This document shows, one piece after another, positions 24,529 to 37,555 of a stretch of DNA of 64,000 bases (the stretch's first letter is position 1; each line of letters begins with the position of its first letter). This DNA is from Octopus sinensis (taxonomy: Eukaryota): assembly GCF_006345805.1 (NCBI RefSeq), contig NC_042999.1, forward strand, positions 13,578,001 through 13,642,000, in the 5' to 3' direction. The notes beneath the pieces were generated by a model. It did no database searches. It was not told the origin of the DNA and saw only the letters and a program-made list of their open reading frames with translations. The translations under genes were made by a program, and so were the position numbers.

Positions 24529-24680
24529 ATAGTGGCGTTAGGAAGGGCATCCAGCTGTAGAAACACTGCCAGATCAGACTGGAGCCTGGTGCAGCCTTCT
24601 GGCTTCCCAAACCCAGGTCGAACCGTCCAACTCATGCTAGCATGGAAAATGGACGTTAAATGATGATGATGATATATATG

Positions 24681-24749
<69 letters not shown>

Positions 24750-25243
24750 CAGGCTTCTTTCAGTTTCCGTCTACCAAATCCACTCACAAGACTTTGGTCA
24801 CCCCGGGACTGAACCCGGAACCATGTGGTTCGTAAGCAAGCTACTTACCACACAGCCACTCCTACGCCTATAGCAGAAGACACTCGCCAAAGTGCCACAC
24901 AGTGGGACTGAACTCAAAACCACATGATTGTAAAGCAAGTTTCTCAACCACACAGTCAGGTTAGAATGAAAAACAGAAGGAAACAAAGGGAATCCCATCA
25001 TCTCCCCTGAGTACCACTGTCCATTAGTGGCTCGGCCTTATTTATTTCACTGCAGAAATAAGATTCAGTGTTGTTCATGCATTGCATCAAAGCCAGTAAG
25101 TGGCGCAAATTTAGTTTAAAGAGCTGCAATCATGAACCGAAACTGTGTCTAGACTTCGTCTGATGAGAATATTCCACCTGACCTACTTTTTCAATGTTAC
25201 TCATTGAGTACCTACAAAACGCCAAGACCACCTCTGTTTCTCT

Positions 25244-25292
<49 letters not shown>

Positions 25293-25729
25293 TCCACTCA
25301 CACACTTTCACAGACACATACAAGTCATCATCTCATTACACATCTTCAAGTAGTGGGTATCTTGTAGATCTGTCAATAGCAATTGAAATGTTCTTCACTT
25401 GAAGTTGTAATCTAATATTTTCATTCCATCTTGAAAATGTAAGTATTTCGATGCTGATGTCATCAACAGCAGAGAGTTTATCATCATCGTCATCTTAATT
25501 GTGTTAACGTGCATTCTTCCATGTTTGCATGCGCTGAATGGTACTTATGGAGACAGATTTTTCTCTTTTTTTGTTTTTTTACTGCCAAATGCTCTTTCTG
25601 TCACCAACCCTCACCTGTTCCCAAGCAAGGTAACAGTCCCCATGTCCAAACATGTTGTCGAAGAAGATTAGAAATAAAGGACACTGCTTGTATAACAGGG
25701 ACACTCGTTTACAACTAATACACAATGTC

Positions 25730-26232
25730 AAAATCAAAATCAAATTCGATGACTGGCGTCCATGCTAGCATGGTGCAAAGAGTACCATACGAGTGTGATC
25801 ATTGACAGAGCAGCTAACCGGCTTCCGTGCCAGTGGCACATAAAAGGCACCATTCGAGTGTGATCATTACCAGCATTGCATTACTGGCACTCGAGCCTCT
25901 TGCAAGTAGGATATTAAGAGCACCATCCGAGCCTGATCATTGCCAGAGTGGCTATCTGGCCTCCGTGCCCGCCTTACTGGCATCTGTGCCAGTGGCATGT
26001 GTAAAAAGTTTCGAGCGAGGTCATTGCCAATACCGCTTGACTGGCCTCCATGCTGGCGGCACGTAAAAGCACCCACTACACTCTCGGAGTGGTTGGCGTT
26101 AGGTAGGGCATCCAGCTGTAGAAACTCTGCCAGATCAAGATTGGAGCCTGGTGCAGCCATCTGGTTCGCCAGATCTCAGTCAAATCGTCCAAATGCTAGC
26201 ATGGAAAGCGGACGTTAAACGATGATGATGAT
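25730..26232 (+). mobile_element. Family-D RTE 3' end with internal GTGGCACGTAAAA(A)GCACC minisatellite
   Basis: Tail GGACGTTAAACGATGATG; other copies near 12711, 14520, 28725, 37185, 41770, 45090, 47780, 52280, 55515, 58806, 60005, 60711, 63588. Confidence 0.85.
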
Positions 26233-26397
26233 GTAGTTATGCACACACAAATGTACAAGAATTAATACTTTATTTTGGTCAAGCTAGTCTCTTGGTACTT
26301 TGAATTTCAACTGTAGGCACACAGGATCTTCAAGAAAGTTGTCACAACTTACCTGAAGATCCTGTGTGCCTAAAAGACTGACTTGATTAAAATAAAA

Positions 26398-26593
26398 TAT
26401 AGTCGCCATGATAGATTGTTAGCCACTACACACATTTTTTTTCTCTCCTTGTTTTTTTCTGTGTCCCTTTCAGAAGAAGAGCGTAGGCTCGAAATGTAAA
26501 AAAACTTTTTCTATTCCTGAGCGTTATACTAATACATCTGCTTCTTTTGTACACCACTTGTCTTCGTCTTCTGTTTTTTTTCGTAAACTCTCC
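26398..26593 (+). mobile_element. Family-B short repeat with hammerhead-like motif (26467-26502, core CAGAAGA)
   Basis: TTT-CAGAAGA-A-GAGC gtag GCTC-GAAA-TGT-A-AAA; shares TTCCTGAGCGT with the copies at 36149 and 45766. Confidence 0.65.
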
Positions 26594-26669
26594 TTCATTA
26601 CTAATCTTTACCCTGATAGTGAGTACTCTTATTTGTAATGGTTAGTACAAAATGAAAATATATGTATAC

Positions 26670-26790
26670 ACAGGCGGGAGTGCTGAAAAGTTCCTGGCTT
26701 CAGGTAAAAGAATATACAGGAGGATCAGTTAATTATGATTTTATTCAACATATTCCCCTCTCAGATTTACACACTTATTGCAGCAGACAG
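26670..26790 (+). mobile_element. Mariner-like terminal fragment
   Basis: GGGAGTGCTGAAAAGTTCCTGGCTT resembles mariner TIRs (recalled); no partner end seen. Confidence 0.45.
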
Positions 26791-26897
26791 ACAGATAAAT
26801 AAATAAATGGATGAAAAAGTTCAAAATTGAAAATTGGGAGAGAGGGTGAAATTTGAATAATAATAAGAATTAATGAAAGAAAGTAAGAACCATTTAC

Positions 26898-26985
26898 CTT
26901 TGTGTTTAGAATCATAATACACTGGTCAAAATGGTGATGTTCTAATGTAGAGGTAGAATAGAGCTGGGCCAAAGGCGTCATGGCT
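26898..26985 (-). CDS. PDE exon: (K)[29 protein letters not shown] (phase 2-0)
   Basis: Acceptor ttttctctag, donor gtaaat; LAQLY..S.LEHHH motif; phase matches neighbours. Confidence 0.97.
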
Positions 26986-27292
26986 CTAGAGAAAATAAAA
27001 AAAAGATACAAAAATAAAAAGAAAAAAATTGTAGATTTAAAATCATTTTAGACACAGGAGACCCATTGGTCATCCACCCTTCAAACCCGCTCAATTTTTA
27101 TAGTTGCAGTGCGCCTCCTCATTCCCCTTATTGTCTGCTCTTCAAACAATCTTATCAAATGCTCCACCACTTACCCATGTACACATGAAAACCTTGGAAC
27201 TAGGAACCCTCACTGATGATGGAATTGGTAATTACCAATATCTTCTATTAGGGATCTTCCTCAATTCTTCCTCTCTGGAGATGGAATATTCC

Positions 27293-27467
27293 TTACTTCT
27301 TTTATTTGTTTCAGTCATTTGACTGTGGCCATGCTGGAGCACCACCTTTAGTTGAGCAAATCGAGCCCAGGGCTTATTCTTTGTAAGCTTAGTACTTATT
27401 CTATCGGTCTCATTTGCTGAACTGCTAAGTTACAAGGACATAAACACGAACAAGCACAGACACACAA

Positions 27468-27498
<31 letters not shown>

Positions 27499-27690
27499 CA
27501 TACATATATACATACATACATATATATGACGGGCTTCCTTCAGTTTCCATCTACCAAATCCACTCACAAGGTTTTGGTCGGCCCAAGACTATACTAGAAG
27601 ACACTTGCTCAAGGTGCCATGCAGTGGGACTGAACCCAGAACCATGTGGTTGGTAAGCAAGCCACTAAACACACAGCCACTCCTGTGCCT
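27293..27690 (-). mobile_element. SINE-A
   Basis: Family motifs. Confidence 0.9.
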
Positions 27691-27923
27691 ATTATATGGA
27701 AAGCTTATCTTTGTTTGCTGAGAAATGCACTATACATACAGGTGTTCTAGAAACAGTTGTAAGAGACAATTTGCACACCTTCTTACTCTTTTCTTTATAT
27801 AATACATTCAGCTCCAACAACTTAATTGTAACAACCTTACAATTATGTTACAATTGTGTTTTACCTTTTAGCATTCAGATTACTCTGTCAAATGAAATAC
27901 ATTTTCACTCAAATTGTTTTGAA

Positions 27924-28633
27924 TAAACTCTTTTGATACCAACCCGGCTGAAACCAGCTCTGGCTCTGAGTATAAATATCTTGTTTTCATAAGTTTTGAA
28001 TTAAAATCTTCCACCAAACCTTAGTTACAATTTATGTTCCGAACACTAACTTAACACTTTTGTTACCGTATCTATTTTTATATGTTTTGTGTTTCTTGCA
28101 ATTAATTTTGAATATAACAAAGAATTTAGTAAAATAACTTAGTCATCAATCAGCTAGTGTTAGGAACATAAATTGTGACTAAGGTTTGGTGGAAAATTTT
28201 AATTCAAAACTTATGAAAACAAGACATTTGTACTCAGAGCCAGAGCCAGTTTCAGCCAGGTTGGTAATGAAAGGGTGAATGATGGCTAAGTTATTTTACT
28301 AAATTCTTTGTTATATTTAAAATTAATTGAAAGAAACACAGAGCATCTCAAAAGAAATATGGTAACAAAAGGGTTAAATTTGGAGAGAAAGAGAGAATAA
28401 GGTGAGCCTTCACCTTTTTGATACCAACCCAGCTGAAACCACCTCTGGCTCTGTAGTACAAATGTCTTGATTTCAAAAGTTCTGAATTAAAATCTTCCAT
28501 CAAACCTTAGGCACAATTTATGTTCCTAACACAAACGTAATGATAACTAAGTTACTAAATTCTTTGTTATATTTAAAGAAATTGAAAGAAATACAGAGCA
28601 TCCCAAAATAAATACAGTAATGAAAGGGTTAAT
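27924..28633. mobile_element. Cluster of TTAA MITEs: inverted copy (28051-28279) nested at the internal TTAA of another copy, plus a third copy (28413-28633)
   Basis: Outer copy resumes TGATGGCTAAGTTATTTTAC where it was interrupted. Confidence 0.8.
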
Positions 28634-30203
28634 CAACCATTGTCTTACAGCTTTGAGATTTCAATGATGTGATTGTTTATTTATCGAATGTCAATGTAGG
28701 TTAGATATGAGAGACAAGATATGGCTAAACATTCGAGCGAGGTCATTGCCAGTGCTGCTGGACTGACTCCTGTGCAGGTGGCATGTTAAAAAACACCTTT
28801 TTTGAGCGTGGCCGTTGCCAATACCGCTTGACTGGCCCTCGTGCCGGTGGCACTTTAAAAGCACCCACTACACTCTCGGAGTGGTTGGCGTTAGGAAGGG
28901 CATCCAGCTGTAGAATCTCTGCCAGATCAAGATTGGAGCCTGGCGCAGCCATCTGGTTCACCAGTCCTCAGTCAAATCGTCCAACCCATGCTAACATGAT
29001 AAGCGGACGTTAAACGATGATGATGATGATGATAATAGGGTTGATGACAATGGTGATGATAATGATGGTGCCCTTGTGACAAATAAAGAAATTATCATCA
29101 TTATTATTGCCTGTACCGCCTGACTGGCCCCCGTGCCAGTGACACGTAAAAGCACCCACTACACTCTTGGAGTGGTTGGCGTCAGGAAGGGCATCCAGTC
29201 CTCAGTCAAATCATCCAACCCATGCTAGCATGGAAAGCAGATGTTAAACGATGATGATGATGATGATGACGATGATGAATATCTGGGCCCCGGATATAGT
29301 CAGTTTAAACACTAAAGGGTTAAATTATAAATTCCATGCTTTAAACTGATACCAATTGTTTGTCTGCTCATTCATTCTGTCTTTCTGCTATACATATATG
29401 TTTCTTTATTACCCACAAGGGGCTAAAGATAGAGGGGACAAACAAGGACAGACAAACGAATTAAGTTGATTACATCAACCCCAGTGCGTAACTGGTGCTT
29501 AATTTATCGACCCCGAGAGAATGAAAGGTAAAGTCGATCTCGGCGGAATTTGAACTCCGAATGTAATGGCAGACGAAATACGGCTACGCATTTCGCCCGG
29601 CGTGCTAACGATTCTGCCAGCTTGCTGCCTTCTTTCTGCTGTACATATACCCACTCACTGATAATAATCTCGTAGCCATTCATTGCTAGACAGCTACAAC
29701 ACCACTTTTTTGGTATAAGTTGCAGTTCAAGTTGGGAGTTTTAAGTAGCAACCCAAGCTGAGCACTTATTTTATCTGCCTATTACGTTACGTCATTAGAT
29801 GCAACTTTATCCGTATCCCTGTATCGTGTGTTTTATTGCTTTACAACAGAAGAACCGTTTAAGAGTTTTGTGGATGAGCCGAGTGTAGGAGATAAAAAGA
29901 TAGGATGTCATGGCTGGAATGCCTTCAATCATATTTCTGACTGGGAGCTAAACAACAACAGAACCTAATGTCATAACACCGCCTGGCTGATCACTATCAT
30001 CATCGTCATCATCATCGTCGTTGTCGTCATCATCATCGTCATCATCATGCCGTGTATTCCTTATTGTTTCAGTTCAGTTTAGGTATCAATGACTCTAATC
30101 ACATCAGTATTAATTACACAGATATAAGATTCATTGCCAGGGTGTTATTAACAAGATGTGACAGGCAGACAGCACTAATGGCTGTGAGGGCGCAACAATA
30201 GAC

Positions 30204-33200
30204 TTGATGATGATGATGATGATTATGGTGGTGATGACTATGGTGGGGATGATGATGATAGTGCTGTGCTGTTGGTAGAGGTGGTGGTGATGATGATGAT
30301 GACGATAGTAGAGGTGGTGGTGGTGATGAAGGTGATGGTGGTGGTGATGAAGGTGATGGTAGAGGTGTTGGTAGAGGTGGTGATGGTGATGATGGTGATG
30401 GTAGAGATGATGATGATGATGATGATGGTAGAGGTGATGGTGGTGGTGATGATGATGATGATGGTAGAGGTGTTGGTAGAGGTGGTGGTGGTGATGATGG
30501 TGATGGTAGAGATGATGATGATGATGATGATGGTAGAGGTGATGGTGGTGGTGATGATGATGACGACGGTAGAGGTGTTGGTAGAGGTGGTGGTGGTGAT
30601 GATGGTGATGGTAGAGATGATGATGATGATGATGATGGTAGAGGTGGTGGTGGTGGTGATGATGGTGATGGTAGAGGTGGTGATGGTAATGATGATGATG
30701 ATGGTAGAGGTGGTGGTGGTGGTGATGATGGTGATGGTAGAGGTGGTGATGGTAATGATGATGATGATGGTAGAGGTGGTGATGGTAATGATGATGATGA
30801 TGGTAGAGGTGGTGGTGGTGGTGATGATGATGGTGATGGTAGAGGTGGTGATGGTAATGATGATGATGATGGTAGAGGTGGTGATGGTGGTGATGATGGT
30901 GATGGTAGAGGTGGTGATGGTAATGATGATGATGATGGTAGAGGTGGTGGTGGTGGTGATGATGGTGATGGTAGAGGTGGTGATGGTAGATGATGATGAT
31001 GGTAGAGGTGGTGGTGGTGGGGATGATGGTGATGGTAGAGGTGGTGATGGTAATGATGATGATGATGGTAGAGGTGGTGGTGGTGGTGATGATGGTGATG
31101 GTAGAGGTGGTGATGGTAATGATGATGATGATGGTAGAGGTGGTGGTGGTGGTGATGATGGTGATGGTAGAGGTGGTGGTGGTGGTGATGATGGTGATGG
31201 TAGAGGTGGTGGTGGTGGTGATGATGATGATGGTAGAGGTGGTGATGGTAATGATGATGATGATGGTAGAGGTGGTGGTGGTGGTGATGATGATGATGAT
31301 GGTAGAGGTGGTGATGGTAATGATGATGATGATGGTAGAGGTGGTGGTGGTGGTGATGATCGTGATGGTAGAGGTGGTGAGGTAATGATGATGATGATGG
31401 TAGAGGTGGTGGTGGTGGTGATGATGGTGATGGTAGAGTGTGGTGGTGGTGATGATGGTGATGGTAGAGGTGGTGATGGTATGATGATGATGATGGTAGA
31501 GGTGGTGGTGGTGGGGATGATGGTGATGGTAGAGGTGGTGGTGGTGGTGATGATGGTGATGGTAGAGGTGGTGATGGTAATGATGATGATGATGGTAGAG
31601 GTGGTGATGGTGGTGATGATGGTGATGTAGAGGGGTGATGGTATGATGATGATGATGGTAGAGGTGGTGATGGTGGTGATGATGGTGATGGTAGAGGTGG
31701 TGATGGTAATGATGATGATGATGGTAGGTGTGGTGGTGTGTGATGATGATGACGACGGTAGAGGTGTTGGGTAGGGGGTGGTGGTGATGATGGTGATGGT
31801 AGAGATGATGATGATGATGATGATGGTAGAGGTGGTGGTGGGGTGATGATGGTGATGGTAGAGTGGTGGTGATGGTAATGATGATGATGATGGTAGAGGT
31901 GGTGGTGGTGATGATGGTGATGGTAGAGGTGGTGATGGTAATGATGATGATGATGGTAGAGTGGTGATGGTGGTGATGATGGTGATGGTAGAGGTGGTGA
32001 TGGTAATGATGATGATGGTAGAGGTGGTGGTGGTGGTGATGATGGTGATGGTAGAGGTGGTGGTGGTGGTGATGATGATGATGATGGTAGAGGTGGTGAT
32101 GGTAATGATGATGATGATGGTAGAGGTGGTGGTGGTGGTGATGATGGTGATGGTAGAGGTGGTGATGGTAATGATGATGATGATGGTAGAGGTGGTGATG
32201 GTGGTGATGATGGTGATGGTAGAGGTGGTGATGGTAATGATGATGATGGTAGAGGTGGTGGTGGTGGTGATGATGGTGATGGTAGAGGTGGTGATGGTAA
32301 TGATGATGATGATGGTAGAGGTGGTGGTGGTGGTGATGATGGTGATGGTAGAGGTGGTGATGGTAATGATGATGATGATGGTAGAGGTGGTGGTGGTGGT
32401 GATGATGGTGATGGTAGAGGTTGATGGTATGATGATGATGATGGTAGAGTTGGTGGTGGTGGTGATGATGGTGATGGTAGAGGTGGTGGTGGTGGTGATG
32501 ATGGTGATGGTAGAGGTGGTGGTGGTGGTGATGATGGTGATGGTAGAGGTGGTGGTGGTGGTGATGATGGTGATGGTAGAGGTGGTGATGGTAATGATGA
32601 TGATGATGGTAGAGGTGGTGGTGGTGGTGATGATGATGAATGGTAGAGGTGGTGATGGTAATGATGATGATGATGGGAAGGTGGTGGGGGGGGTGATGAT
32701 GGTGATGGTAGAGGTGGTGATGGTAATGATGATGATGATGGTAGAGTGGTGGTGGTGGTGATGATGGTGATGGTAGAGGTGGTGATGTGGTGATGATGGT
32801 GATGGTAGAGGTGGTGATGGTAATGATGATGATGATGGGAGAGGTGGTGGTGGTGGGGATGATGGTGATGGTAGAGGTGGTGGTGGTGGTGATGATGGTG
32901 ATGGTAAGAGGTGGTGGGGTAATGATGATGATGATGGTAGAGGTGGTGAGGTGGTGATGATGGTGATGGTAGAGGTGGTGATGGTATGATGATGATGATG
33001 GTAAGGTGGTGATGGTGGTGATGATGGTGATGGTAGAGGTGGTGATGGTAATGATGATGATGATGTAGAGGTGGTGGTGGTGATGATGGTGATGGTAGAG
33101 GGGTGATGGTAATGATGATGATGATGGTAGATGGTGGTGGTGGTGATGATGATGATGATGGTAGAGGTGGTGATGGTAATGATGATGATGATGGTAGAGG

Positions 33201-35597
33201 TGGTGTGGTGGTGATGATGGTGATGGTAGAGGTGGTGATGGTAATGATGATGATGATGGTAGAGGTGGTGATGTGGTGATGATGGTGATGGTAGAGGTGG
33301 TGATGGTATGATGATGATGATGGTAGAGGTGTGGTGGTGGTGATGATGGTGATGGTAGAGGGGGATGGTAATGATGATGATGATGGTAGAGAGGTGTGTG
33401 TGGTGATGATGGTGATGGTAGAGGTGGTGATGGTATGATGATGATGATGGTAGAGGTGGTGGTGGTGGTGATGATGGTGATGGTAGAGGTGGTGATGGTA
33501 ATGATGATGATGAGGTAGAGGTGGTGGTGGTGGTGATGATGGTGATGGTAGATTGGGTGGTGGTGATGATGGTATGGTAGAGGTGGTGATGGTAATGATG
33601 ATGATGATGGTAGAGGTGGTGGTGGTGGTGATGATGGTGATGGTAGAGGTGGTGATGGTAATGATGATGATGATGGTAGAGGTGGTGGTGGTGGTGATGA
33701 TGGTGATGGTAGAGGTGGTGATGGTAATGATGATGATGATGGTAGAGGTGGTGGTGGTGTGTGATGATCGTGATGGTAGAGGTGGTGATGGTAATGATGA
33801 TGATGATGGTAGAGGTGGTGGTGGTGGTGATGATGGTGATGGTAGAGGTGGTGTGTGGTGTGATGGTGATGGTAGAGGTGGTGATGGTAATGATGGGGAT
33901 GGTAGAGGTGGTGGTGGTGGTGATGATGATGGTGATGGTAGAGGTGGTGATGGATGATGATGATGATGGTAGAGGTGGTGGTGGTGGTGATGATGGTGAT
34001 GGTAGAGGTGGTGGTGGTGGTGATGAGGATGATGGTGAGTAGGTGGTGGTGATGGTATGATGATGATGATGGTAGAGGTGGTGGTGGGTGATGATGGTGA
34101 TGGTAGGGTGGTGATGGTAATGATGATGATGATGGTAGAGGTGGTGGTGGTGGTGTGTGATGGTGATGGTAGAGGTGGTGATGGTAATGATGATGATGAT
34201 GGTAGAGGTGGTGGTGGTGGTGATGATGGTGATGGTAGAGGTGGTGGTGGTAATGATGATGATGATGGTAGAGGTGGTGGTGGTGATGATGATGATGGTA
34301 GAGGTGGTGGTGGTGGTGATGATGGTGATGGTAGAGGTGGTGATGGTAATGATGATGATGATGGTGAGAGGTGGTGGGGTGGTGAGGTGGTGATGGTGAT
34401 GATGGGATGGTAGATGGTGATGATGATGATGATGGTAGAGGTGTGGTGGTGGTGATGATGGTGATGGTAGAGGTGGTGGTGGTGGTGATGATGGTGATGG
34501 TAGAGGTGGTGATGGTAATGATGATGATGATGGTAGAGGTGGTGGTGGTGGTGATGATGGTGATGGTAGAGGTGGTGATGGTAATGATGATGATGATGGT
34601 AGAGGTGGTGGTGGTGGTGATGATCGTGATGGTAGAGGTGGTGATGGTAATGATGATGATGATGGTAGAGGTGGTGGTGGTGGTGATGATGGTGATGGTA
34701 GAGGTGGTGGTGGTGGTGATGATGGTGATGGTAGAGGTGGTGATGGTAATGATGATGATGATGGTAGAGGTGGTGGTGGTGGTGATGATGGTGATGGTAG
34801 AGGTGGTGATGGTAATGATGATGATGATGGTAGAGGTGGTGGTGGTGGTGATGATGGTGATGGTAGAGGTGGTGATGGTAATGATGATGATGATGGTAGA
34901 GGTGGTGGTGGTGGTGATGATGGTGATGGTAGAGGTGGTGATGGTAATGATGATGATGATGTGGTAGAAGTGGTGGTGGTGGTGATGATGGTGATGGTAG
35001 AGGTGGTGATGGTAATGATGATGATGATGGTAGAGGTGGTGGTGTGGTAATGATGATGATGATGGTAGAGGTGGTGGTGGTGGTGATGATGGTGATGGTA
35101 GAGGTGGTGATGGTAATGATGATGATGATGGTAGAGGTGGTGGTGGTGGTGATGATGGTGATGGTAGAGGTGGTGATGGTAATGATGATGATGATGGTAG
35201 AGGTGGTGGTGGTGGTGATGATGGTGATGGTAGAGGTGGTGATGGTAATGATGATGATGATGGTAGAAGTGGTGGTGGTGGTGATGATGGTGATGGTAGA
35301 GGTGGTGATGGTAATGATGATGATGATGGTAGAGGTGGTGGTGGTGGTGATGATGATGATGATGGTAGAGGTGGTGATGGTAATGATGATGATGATGGTA
35401 GAGGTGGTGATGGTAATGATGATGATGATGGTAGAGGTGGTGGTGGTGGTGATGATGGTGATGGGAGATGATGATGATGATGATAGAGGTGATGGTGGTG
35501 GTGATGATGATGATGATGGTAGAGGTGTTGGTAGAGGTGGTGATGGTAATGATGATGATGATAGTAGAGGTGATGGTGGTGGTGATGATGATGATGA
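30204..35597 (+). repeat. 5.4-kb GGT/GAT/AGA triplet-based satellite; 66-bp dimer of two 33-bp monomers
   Basis: GGTAGAGGTGGTGGTGGTGGTGATGATGGTGAT + GGTAGAGGTGGTGATGGTAATGATGATGATGAT repeated; lies in the intron between exons 40335 and 26985. Confidence 0.95.
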
Positions 35598-35856
35598 AGC
35601 CACCTGTTAGCCATAGTGGTGATGAGGAAGGGGAAGATGACAATGGTGAAATAACAATACCTGCTGCAAAAGATAACTGACACCAAAGACATCGTCACGG
35701 CTGAGTGAACAAACTTTATGCAAACCAAAATGAAAACCTGTTCTGTCCATTTTTTCTATCTGTCATCTTTTACTTGTGTAGGTGACAAAAGTGTGGTCAT
35801 GCTGGGGCACTGCTTTGAATAACTTTTAGCTGAATGACTCAGCCCGAGTATTTGTC

Positions 35857-35892
<36 letters not shown>

Positions 35893-36148
35893 AGCCAGGT
35901 ACTTATTCTATCGATCGCTTTTTGCCAAACTGTAAAGTTACAGGGAGGTAAACACACCAACACTGGTTGCCAAGTGGTGATGGGAGACAAACACAGACAC
36001 AATGACACACACACATAGGTGTGTGTACATTATATATATATTATATATATATATATATTATATATATATATATAATATATATATGTATGTATGTATGTAT
36101 ATATATATATATATGTGTATGTGTGTGTGTGCATATATATATATATAA

Positions 36149-36352
36149 ACATAGTTAATCCAAACAAGAAAACACAGAAAAAAACACAGCAACGCGAGGA
36201 TGTGGAACAATTAAAATATTATTTGACGCTCAGGAAAGAAGGGAAGGAGGGTTTAACGTTTCGAGCGGAGCTCTTCATCGGAAACAAAGGAGAAGGAAAG
36301 ATCCCGAGAAGGGAAGACAGAGGAAAAAAATTTTTTTGCTGGTGGTGCTCAT
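36149..36352 (-). mobile_element. Family-B short repeat carrying hammerhead motif
   Basis: Same family as 45766-45972 and 26398-26593; embedded in (TA)n. Confidence 0.75.
36251..36285 (-). ncRNA. Minimal type-I hammerhead motif: GTTT-CCGATGA-A-GAGC tcc GCTC-GAAA-CGT-T-AAAC
   Basis: All three stems can pair; palindromic ACGT stem III; U4->C variant. Confidence 0.6.
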
Positions 36353-36892
36353 ATATATTTAACTCCAAGAAAGTTAGACCACCTATTCATCTCCTCCATT
36401 TTCTTATTGCTATATATATATATATATATATGATGGGCTTCTTTCAGTTTCCATCTACTGAATCCACTCTCAAGGCTTTAGTCATTTTGCCAATAAACAC
36501 ACACACTATTTATTTGATCTTCACATAAGCTTTATTATTATTGAGTGAGAGAGAAATGCATACCATCAAAGTGACACTAGGGTACACATGTACAAAGCCC
36601 AATAAATCCATCATGACTACCTGTTTGATAAGGGTACACTGGGCACATGCATCGCAACCATATGTGCATGACATGGGGACCTCATATCAAGATAAACAGT
36701 GCTTGACCTTGCAGGTGCGACCCAGGTAGAATTTTCCTGCTCAATAAGTCCCTAAATAAGGATGGTTTAAGGATGTTGAATGAAACACCCGTATTTCCAG
36801 AGGTGAATTATTCAAACCCCAAAGAATTCCTCTTAACATATGGCCATAATGCTCCCCCACTGTTTCTGCTAGTAATCTGAGATATACATATC

Positions 36893-37100
36893 TATTGCTT
36901 TACTACCCACAAGGCGCTAGACACAGAGGGGACAAACAAAGACAGACAAACGGATTAAGTCGATTATATCGACACCAGTGCGTTACTGATACTTAATTTA
37001 TCAACCCCGAAAGGATGACAAGCAAAGTCGACCTCGGCGGAATTTGAACTTAGAACATAGCGGCAGACGAAATACTGCTAAGCATTTCGCCCAGCGTGCT
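36893..37100 (-). mobile_element. 5'-truncated SINE-E with 17-bp TSD inside another SINE (36560-37210)
   Basis: TCTGAGATATACATATC at 36876-36892 and 37101-37117. Confidence 0.9.
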
Positions 37101-37555
37101 TCTGAGATATACATATCGTCAGCCACTAAGGGAAATGCTTAACTGATTATGGTCAAACAACTGACAAGCATATCTGTGGTATTGAGCAGAATATTGGCTG
37201 CAGCTCACCTTTTATACCATGCTGGCAAGGGTTGGATGTTTTGACCAGGGCTGGTAAGCTGGAAGGCTGCACCAGACTCCAGTCTGATTTGGCATGGTTT
37301 TCTACAGCTGGATGCCTTTCTGAAAGTCAACCACTCTGAGAGTGTGCTAGGTGCTTTTAGGTGCCACTGACACAGGTGCCATTTGTGTGACACCAGCATC
37401 TGCCATGATTGTGATTTTTCTCAGCTATATATGGTCTTCTTCTCAAGCGTGACACAATGCCAAAGGTCTTGGTCATTGCTTCCATGATTCTTTTGAATTA
37501 ATCATGCATTATCTTCTAGCCTTGAGATTTCAATGTTAAAGGGTTAAACATTTGT

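Noticed and set aside
25128-25175. CCGAAAC...GTC...CTGATGAG, resembling a type-II hammerhead
   Set aside because: Stems I and II do not pair in the required register.
30130-30200. AISAVCLSHL, loosely like ALxVACLCHD
   Set aside because: No HD motif or splice sites; the true exon is 40335-40444.
30114-35728. Three ~1800-aa minus-strand ORFs (His/Pro-Ser/Thr-Ile rich) and Asp-Gly-rich plus-strand frames
   Set aside because: The strand is nearly G-free and lacks TAA, so all three frames are open by composition; the region is intronic satellite with no splice or domain evidence.
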